64,000 nt of DNA. Origin: a virus. Lineage: Duplodnaviria; Caudoviricetes. Shown in pieces: positions 58,404 through 64,000 of the stretch. The stretch lies in the IMG/VR virus record IMGVR_UViG_3300021197_001789, positions 1,708 through 65,707 of that record. One strand, written 5' to 3'. Each line of letters opens with the position of its first letter. Position 1 is the first letter of the stretch. The notes beneath the pieces are model-generated. The model worked only from the letters and a program-made list of their open reading frames with translations. It searched no databases and was not told the DNA's origin. Both the position numbers and the translations under genes were made by a program.

Positions 58404-59186
58404 TTATACAGTAAATTCCGCATAGCTTGTTTGTGTAGGACTACCCTCCTTCAACCATCTCTCTATATTCTCAACAGCTTGATGGAACTTCATCTCCCCT
58501 CTGAAAAGCGTTTCGTCTGAACACTTAACCAGAGCGGGGTAGTAGGGGAAGGTCTTCTCTTGAACTACCCAATAGTAGTCTTTGATGTCAAACACCTTAG
58601 TATATATGTATGCTTGTATGTCATAGCTCCAGCTGTTTACATCGTAGCGAAATTTCTCTACACTACGTGCGCTCTTGCTATCCGTTATAAAGCCATCGCC
58701 TAAGCAATCAAGGAAACCTTTGACAGGCACACCATCAATATCTTCATTAAACTCAACCTGATATTTACCCTTAAGGTAACTATTGGTAAGTCCACAAGCG
58801 TCTAATCGCTCGATCATATCGTTAGCTTTTTTCCAGTCTTCGCTAGATACTAGCGTTTGCCCTTTAGCTTCATGCTCTGACTCCATCTGAGCCTTGATAT
58901 CCTTGTAATCTTTTGTCAACTTAGGGTTTTTAGCCTCTAGGGTTTTACTCTGACAACGCTCTAGTATATTACCCTCGTTAATTACGATGTAATCGTTCAT
59001 CGCTTTCTCACGCTCAAACAATAGCATGTCGTACATGGTACCAAACACTAAAGCATCAGAGGTGTATTTAATCTCACCCCTCATCTTCATCTCCCAGAGG
59101 CGCATGTCTCCGAGAGCGTATTTGATAGAGGAGTAGGACAGATGCCCCTTACCTACCTTTTCGGTTAGTTGCTCTCTTAGACTCAT
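58404..59186 (-). CDS. RecE-like PD-(D/E)XK exonuclease (DUF3799-like)
   Basis: LSYSSIK, FGT..D, KGFLDCL, DSKS, YDIQAYIY. Confidence 0.75.
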   Translation of the reverse strand: MSLREQLTEKVGKGHLSYSSIKYALGDMRLWEMKMRGEIKYTSDALVFGTMYDMLLFEREKAMNDYIVINEGNILERCQSKTLEAKNPKLTKDYKDIKAQMESEHEAKGQTLVSSEDWKKANDMIERLDACGLTNSYLKGKYQVEFNEDIDGVPVKGFLDCLGDGFITDSKSARSVEKFRYDVNSWSYDIQAYIYTKVFDIKDYYWVVQEKTFPYYPALVKCSDETLFRGEMKFHQAVENIERWLKEGSPTQTSYAEFTV

Positions 59187-59797
59187 CGTACAAACTTCTT
59201 GATACCTTCGATTTGCTTCTCGGTAAGTTGGTCACCCTTCTTTTCCATGAAGAACGCAAAGGCTTTTGCTTTGTCTGTCTGTGATTTAATGTAGTCGATA
59301 GCCTTACTCATAAGGTCTGGGTCTTTAGCAGCTGCCTTAGTGCTTCGGGTAGACTTGGCAGCTCCTTTACTGGGAGTGGCCTTAGCAGGTTTTGATGATA
59401 GTGTACTGTTTGTCTCAGATGTTAACCTTATGCCACCACCTTGCTTAGCAATAGCTTCGTTGACCTCGTTAGCGGAGGCAATAGACGTGTCTATCCCTAT
59501 ACCCATCATAGCTAAGGCTCTACCTATAGCTGATGTCTCGCAGTTCTCAACATAGCTTGTCTTGTTAATGTTGCTACTACCTTGCGTTTCATGTGCATGT
59601 CCACTCGCTATGATACGTTGTGATGGATCAGCAACGATAGCCTTACAGACACACATGTTTGAATCTAATGCCGTAAACTCTGTCGATAGAGTCCAGTTTT
59701 TGTACTCCTCTTCCTGACGGAAGAACTTGATACGCTCGTTTACCTCAACGTACTGTTTGCCACGTATGTTCGTGGTCTTGAATTTGTAATTACTCAT
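59183..59797 (-). CDS. single-strand annealing protein (Sak/Rad52-like)
   Basis: GKQYVEVNERI..FR...ENCETSAIGRAL...GIG; paired with the exonuclease. Confidence 0.7.
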   Translation of the reverse strand: MSNYKFKTTNIRGKQYVEVNERIKFFRQEEEYKNWTLSTEFTALDSNMCVCKAIVADPSQRIIASGHAHETQGSSNINKTSYVENCETSAIGRALAMMGIGIDTSIASANEVNEAIAKQGGGIRLTSETNSTLSSKPAKATPSKGAAKSTRSTKAAAKDPDLMSKAIDYIKSQTDKAKAFAFFMEKKGDQLTEKQIEGIKKFVR

Positions 59798-59819
59798 AAT
59801 GTATTAAATTTAATTATTG

Positions 59820-59827
59820 CAAATATA
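59820..59827 (-). promoter_or_regulatory. TAnnTTTG -7 promoter (TATATTTG) for the recombination/replication operon
   Basis: Consensus match 22 nt upstream of ATG 59797. Confidence 0.6.
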
Positions 59828-59852
59828 CTGTTTATTAATGATTTATCCTAAT

Positions 59853-60251
59853 TTATTCTACTAAATAGTAGTGTCCTTTCACCTCTTCATGTATTTCTAT
59901 GTACTTGATGAGTGCGTTGAATAGATCTACCGATCCTTCCTTCATGCCTGATAAGGCACGTTTATAATCTATACGCTCGGTCTGATTAGAGCCTAGTAGT
60001 TCGTCTATTATATCCTCACCCGCAGCCTTCCCCATGATGTCATTCATAAGGTCGCTGAGCGTATCGTCTGCCACGTTGCGGAACAGGTGTATTATCTCAA
60101 AAGCAGACCACTCCACCCAATCATCCACACCGAATGATGCTAGATCTATCATGCACATATGCAGTGCAACGTCTACTACCTTGTCATCCCTATCCTCAAG
60201 GTAGTCTATTATTATTTGAACCGCTTCTTCACTCGTCATCTGTAAATCCAT
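59853..60251 (-). CDS. hypothetical acidic protein
   Basis: 132-aa ORF. Confidence 0.65.
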   Translation of the reverse strand: MDLQMTSEEAVQIIIDYLEDRDDKVVDVALHMCMIDLASFGVDDWVEWSAFEIIHLFRNVADDTLSDLMNDIMGKAAGEDIIDELLGSNQTERIDYKRALSGMKEGSVDLFNALIKYIEIHEEVKGHYYLVE

Positions 60252-60459
60252 AAAGGTTACACTCTTTGCGGAACGTATCCATAGAGTTTATAAAATTGAA
60301 ATTCTTTATAGTGTTTGTCTTGTCGTACCTGTGCTTATCGTAAGCGTTGACAAACAACTTGATTAAATGCATGGCATCTAAACATCTGTTCTGGGTGTAT
60401 GCTCGAACCTCAGGATCGTCACTCATGGGGTTGAACTTTACTTTACTCTCATTATGCAT
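60229..60459 (-). CDS. hypothetical protein
   Basis: 76-aa ORF. Confidence 0.55.
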   Translation of the reverse strand: MHNESKVKFNPMSDDPEVRAYTQNRCLDAMHLIKLFVNAYDKHRYDKTNTIKNFNFINSMDTFRKECNLYGFTDDE

Positions 60460-60616
60460 TTGTTTTGAGGTTTATATAGGTTAATATTATTATACTGAAT
60501 AGCCATATCATGGCGGTTATTATTTTTGCCCTTCGGCTGCTTGGGTTAGTTATCATGCTTCATCCTTTGGTGTTCTAAATAGCACCCAAGAATTGTAGCT
60601 ACTATAACTATAATTA

Positions 60617-61087
60617 TTATTGACATTGTATTTTATATATTGTTTCGTTTTTATTTGCTACGCTGTGCTTCTCACCTATGTAGTAGTTCCAATAGGCTTT
60701 GACACTACATGCATCTTTGTACCTATCTGGCATACATTGTGGAGGGTTTGTAAAAAACCCATCAGGCATACCATGAGGAGGTAGAAGCAGTGCTTCTTTG
60801 CATTTAGTTATTGTCAAATGTACCTTACCATATCGCCTTGTGTACTCTTCACCTAAAGCAATCATATGGTTATACAGCCAATAGTATTGAGGCTTATTAG
60901 CCCTAGCCCACACAGTAGACGGATGGTTGTAGTGAGCCTTCTTGTATGGCACATTATCTCCGTTATCATAGTGGTGGTGCGCTGTGCATAGCATCTGTGC
61001 TGACTCAAGGATCATCTTGACCACGTGCTTATCATACTGATATTCAGCAGCTTTCTGTGGGTTTTTGTGTAAGTAAAATATATTCAT
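60617..61087 (-). CDS. pyrimidine dimer DNA glycosylase (endonuclease V-like)
   Basis: MNIFYL...AA....DKHVVKMILESAQML.TAH...YK.AH.NHP...W. Confidence 0.8.
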   Translation of the reverse strand: MNIFYLHKNPQKAAEYQYDKHVVKMILESAQMLCTAHHHYDNGDNVPYKKAHYNHPSTVWARANKPQYYWLYNHMIALGEEYTRRYGKVHLTITKCKEALLLPPHGMPDGFFTNPPQCMPDRYKDACSVKAYWNYYIGEKHSVANKNETIYKIQCQ

Positions 61088-61103
61088 GTGTTAAATTAAT
61101 TAG

Positions 61104-61219
61104 TGTGAGTGGGGGGAATCGAACCCCCCTGTTAAACCATATAAAACAGTCGGCCATATGGTACACACCCATGTAAAGGACATCACCCCTCTACGGAAAG
61201 ACCGAATCCAGACACTCAC
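61104..61219 (-). ncRNA. non-canonical tRNA-like RNA (116 nt, 46-nt variable insert)
   Basis: Acceptor GTGAGTG/CACTCAC-A, T-arm GGGGG-TTCGATT-CCCCC, D-like arm TGGA/TCCG with GG loop, 8-nt anticodon-position loop; no encoded CCA. Confidence 0.6.
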
Positions 61220-61225
61220 AGAGGG

Positions 61226-61414
61226 TTAGTGTTCCAATCCCTCTAAAATCTCCTTTGCTTTGTATGTAGCATAAGAGCGTTGTTGTATTGATGTACCGCA
61301 TCTCTGCGGTGTAGGTAAGGACAACGAGGCATTGTCGTACGTGTATGTAGTTGCCCCTCGTTGGATAGCATCAGCTATCAGTTCCGTCTGTTGTATCTTC
61401 TGTTGTAGTGTCAT
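61226..61414 (-). CDS. hypothetical protein
   Basis: 62-aa ORF. Confidence 0.5.
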   Translation of the reverse strand: MTLQQKIQQTELIADAIQRGATTYTYDNASLSLPTPQRCGTSIQQRSYATYKAKEILEGLEH

Positions 61415-61607
61415 CGTTAGGGTTGTTTACGTTGTTCATTAATTGATCGTAGTAGTGTCTGCACTCCTCAGTTCTCATGCGCCATTGCATCGCAATAACA
61501 AGCAGTTCCTTTTTGCTGTGTTTTTTGAGGGCTGACTTGATCTGATCTTTTGACCAATCAAGCAATGGGTTTTCCATTATTGCTTTGTTTCTTTCTTCGT
61601 TTGTCAT
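61371..61607 (-). CDS. hypothetical protein
   Basis: 78-aa ORF with A-rich leader. Confidence 0.6.
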   Translation of the reverse strand: MTNEERNKAIMENPLLDWSKDQIKSALKKHSKKELLVIAMQWRMRTEECRHYYDQLMNNVNNPNDDTTTEDTTDGTDS

Positions 61608-61625
61608 TTTATATAATGTTTATAT

Positions 61626-61805
61626 TTAATCTCTTTTCCTACCCCATAACATATCACGCGGCATCTCATCGAATACCACCATGCTATCTTTCTCGCTAGG
61701 TGCGTTTTGTACTAAGGTCATTGCCTCTTCTCTTGTTAGGTCTGTGAATAGAATTTCCTTGTCGAAGTTATCTCTATGCACTCGGTATACTGCGTAATCT
61801 TTCAT
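61626..61805 (-). CDS. hypothetical protein
   Basis: Start set at MKDYAVYRV (61805), coupled to the upstream stop. Confidence 0.55.
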   Translation of the reverse strand: MKDYAVYRVHRDNFDKEILFTDLTREEAMTLVQNAPSEKDSMVVFDEMPRDMLWGRKRD

Positions 61806-61972
61806 TTTATTTTGTTTTGTATTTCTCTCCATGCTTCTGGGTACTCATCGATCAGTATGCGCTTGAGTTGTTGTAACTCACTCCACATCTCTTTGATTAC
61901 CTTAGCTTGGTTCTTAATTGTTTTAGCTCTGTCTATTCTTTCTCTGTTTTTAGCTCGTTCTTGTATTCCCAT
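61802..61972 (-). CDS. small coiled-coil protein (56 aa, not in ORF track)
   Basis: Manual translation MGIQERAKNRERIDRAKTIKNQAKVIKEMWSELQQLKRILIDEYPEAWREIQNKIK. Confidence 0.55.
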   Translation of the reverse strand: MGIQERAKNRERIDRAKTIKNQAKVIKEMWSELQQLKRILIDEYPEAWREIQNKIK

Positions 61973-62028
61973 TTGGTTATGCTATTAGGTGAGTTGATTC
62001 ACTTATCTATTCGGCTCATGTTCATTTA

Positions 62029-62211
62029 TAATGAGCGCAATTTATGATAATCGTTCATCTTACTTCTGTTTTAGTTATATTTAATTGCATATAATTCTAA
62101 GAGTTGTGCGTCTTTTATATGTGATAGCATATATACGTGGTTAATAATACCCCTATTTTAGGGGTGTTTCTTACCTTGATTTAGTTTAATGAGCGCATTT
62201 TATGATAAACG
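62029..62211. repeat. 25-bp imperfect direct repeat pair
   Basis: TAATGAGCGCA(A/T)TTTATGATAA(T/A)CG at 62029-62053 and 62187-62211. Confidence 0.75.
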
Positions 62212-62230
62212 GGCGCAAATGTCCATTTAT

Positions 62231-62530
62231 TTACCCTTGTTGGACAGACGTGGGTAATGTGTCCATCTTATTACTCTCGTTATATTGTTTAATAAATTCT
62301 ACTACTCTATCGTACACTACCTCTATCTTCATTGTCAATAATGATTCATTGATAAAGTAGTGCTGACCTTCTGAAGGTTGTTGTGTGTCAAAGCATTTCT
62401 GTACTACTGGCATCAACCAATCCCATGAGGTGTGGTATTTTACACAGTCCTCTAAGTAATCTCTTTTGTCCTCATCGTTAGCAATCTTAGGGTATCCCAT
62501 AAATTCTGCGATTAGTGTGTTATTTTCCAT
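62231..62530 (-). CDS. early protein, IAEFMG/TSWDWLMPVV family paralog 3
   Basis: MENNTLIAEFMG...YHTSWDWLMPVV. Confidence 0.7.
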   Translation of the reverse strand: MENNTLIAEFMGYPKIANDEDKRDYLEDCVKYHTSWDWLMPVVQKCFDTQQPSEGQHYFINESLLTMKIEVVYDRVVEFIKQYNESNKMDTLPTSVQQG

Positions 62531-62829
62531 TGTTATGTATTTTTATTAAATGTACTGCTACGTTATATAAGTCCTCGATTGAACGCCATCTCTTCTGGTT
62601 GTTCTTCCTTAGGGAACCATCAATCAATTCATGCGGATCGAGTCCACCATTTTCTATCTTCTCTACTACGGGCATAAGCCAATCCCATGATGTGTCGTAT
62701 TGTAGTTCGTTTACTCCGTAGCATAAATTATTATGCGTTGGCATATTGTAAACATCTTCGTCAGGTAGCACTCTTTGTCCACCCATAAATTCTGCGATTA
62801 GTGTGTTATTTTCCATTGTTATGTATTTT
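62496..62829. repeat. 48-bp perfect direct repeat at paralog junctions
   Basis: CCCATAAATTCTGCGATTAGTGTGTTATTTTCCATTGTTATGTATTTT at 62496-62543 and 62782-62829. Confidence 0.85.
62520..62816 (-). CDS. early protein, IAEFMG/TSWDWLMPVV family paralog 2
   Basis: MENNTLIAEFMG...ELQYDTSWDWLMPVVEKIE. Confidence 0.7.
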   Translation of the reverse strand: MENNTLIAEFMGGQRVLPDEDVYNMPTHNNLCYGVNELQYDTSWDWLMPVVEKIENGGLDPHELIDGSLRKNNQKRWRSIEDLYNVAVHLIKIHNNGK

Positions 62830-63156
62830 AATAAATTCTATTACCGCCCAATACACTTCATGTATCTCATCGTAGAAACTAACGTCTATAAGTTGAAGTG
62901 GTACTCCCTCACACTCCATCTCAATCTTATTTACTACAGGTATTAACCAATCCCATGATGTGTTGTATTGTAGTTCATCCTCTTTAATAACCACGTTATC
63001 TATGACTATTACGTTGTCTAACTTAGGGTACACAATACCCATAAATTCTGCAATCATCTCATTATCTGATATGCACTCATGATCCATTACATCACCCTCG
63101 TCATCGAGGATATCGTAGCAACAGTCGGGGCATGTTTTGTATTCGTTATCGTTCAT
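62806..63156 (-). CDS. early protein, IAEFMG/TSWDWL family paralog 1 with N-terminal CPDC
   Basis: IAEFMG...ELQYNTSWDWLIPVVNKIE. Confidence 0.7.
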   Translation of the reverse strand: MNDNEYKTCPDCCYDILDDEGDVMDHECISDNEMIAEFMGIVYPKLDNVIVIDNVVIKEDELQYNTSWDWLIPVVNKIEMECEGVPLQLIDVSFYDEIHEVYWAVIEFIKIHNNGK

Positions 63157-63273
63157 CGTTCATTAGTTTACATATGTTACGTCTTAGTCTACCTACTTTG
63201 AGCTCATACATATTTACTCTTGCTGAATAAGCAAGTATGGTTTCTTGTAGTTCTTTAATCTTTTTATCCTTGT

Positions 63274-63483
63274 TCATCGTGTCCATTTTAATGTTGCTTT
63301 TTGGTGGTCTAAATATTCTTCTGCTTGGTAGTATATTTCATCGTCTGATATGCTGACGTTTCTACCACTTTTAAACTCCACGTATATACCTAATCGGTCT
63401 GTCTTCTCGTGGAACGTTACATCGTTATCGTTTTCGATTATAAGTAAATTCTTCATCGCATATTTTATTGCTTCCTTAGTCAT
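63274..63483 (-). CDS. hypothetical early protein
   Basis: 69-aa ORF. Confidence 0.6.
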   Translation of the reverse strand: MTKEAIKYAMKNLLIIENDNDVTFHEKTDRLGIYVEFKSGRNVSISDDEIYYQAEEYLDHQKATLKWTR

Positions 63484-63623
63484 GTTTTCTTATTTCATTT
63501 AATTGTCTGCCTATATCAAGTATGTTCTCACCCTCTGCCATAGATAGATGATAGTGACTTCGCCACGCATCGCATGAAAGAAAGTTGTTGAACCAATCAA
63601 GGTACATAGCTTCTATTTGTGTG

Positions 63624-63824
63624 TTAGTGTAGTTCATCTTTGTATTTTAGTATTGTTCCGCATATAACCTCCCCTATCATTTCCATTATGTATTCGTTAT
63701 CCTTAAACGTAGCCATGAGTATGCTCTCGGCTTCCTCTTCGGTTAAGTCTATGTCTAAATCTGTTGCTCGTCTGAGGACATCCTCAGCACTCCATTTGAG
63801 TTCGTTTCCGTTGTAGTATTTCAT
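63624..63824 (-). CDS. hypothetical early protein
   Basis: 66 aa; W..EDV...A...D..LT.EEA..IL pattern. Confidence 0.6.
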   Translation of the reverse strand: MKYYNGNELKWSAEDVLRRATDLDIDLTEEEAESILMATFKDNEYIMEMIGEVICGTILKYKDELH

Positions 63825-64000
63825 TTTGTTTTGTTTTGTATGATACTATCGTGATACTATCAAATGATTTTATATTCGTGGTAAAAAGTGTTCGTCTTTA
63901 TTAAGCAGTCCCTTTATGTCGTGTACTATGTCATTAGTAAACAGCAGATTAGTACGCTCTACCTCTACCAATCGTTTACACCAATCCTCATGGTCTATGC

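Noticed and set aside
61104-61219. tmRNA (ssrA) or canonical tRNA-Ile(GAT)
   Set aside because: Only 116 nt, G3-C70 rather than G3-U70, no tag ORF. The anticodon-position loop is 8 nt and the variable region 46 nt. Kept only as tRNA-like.
1-64000. Stop-codon reassignment as in some crAss-like phages
   Set aside because: Long genes are intact and densely packed under the standard code; TAA, TAG and TGA all end genes.
1-64000. CRISPR array, DGR/retron, integrase or prophage boundaries
   Set aside because: No regularly spaced repeat-spacer array, no RT motifs, no recombinase ORF and no host genes seen.

Overview
Nearly the whole genome (circularly permuted; part of the early region runs off the window ends) of a lytic dsDNA podovirus-like phage of a Bacteroidetes host, probably a marine flavobacterium. 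Host inference rests on many TAnnTTTG -7 promoters, A-rich non-SD translation starts, a BT4734/VirE-N primase-helicase and a DDMPF-tailed SSB. The morphogenesis module resembles crAss-like/Cellulophaga phages. + strand, about 3.07-52.1 kb: putative head-internal proteins, tandem GroES-like protein, HNH genes, terminase, portal, scaffold, major capsid, paralogous small structural genes, tail ring and nozzle proteins, ejection proteins including a 2909-aa polyvalent protein, holin/membrane cassette, Hsp20. - strand, 52.1-64 kb and 1-2.2 kb: class II RNR, nucleases, primase-helicase, SSB, exonuclease/SSAP pair, pyrimidine-dimer glycosylase, small early genes. No DNA or RNA polymerase, integrase, RT or CRISPR was seen. 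Most unusual signals: (1) a dense, strand-biased array of C(GAA)G-type DNA mini-hairpins written into the first two early genes; (2) two non-canonical tRNA-like elements; (3) a T10 run that joins the likely true start of the giant virion protein to its body by a +1 shift; (4) a zincin motif followed by recurrent GLxSRRI junctions in that protein; (5) a [YMFL]xxGG motif shared by about 9 putative virion-internal proteins. All product calls are by-eye motif recognition, not database searches.
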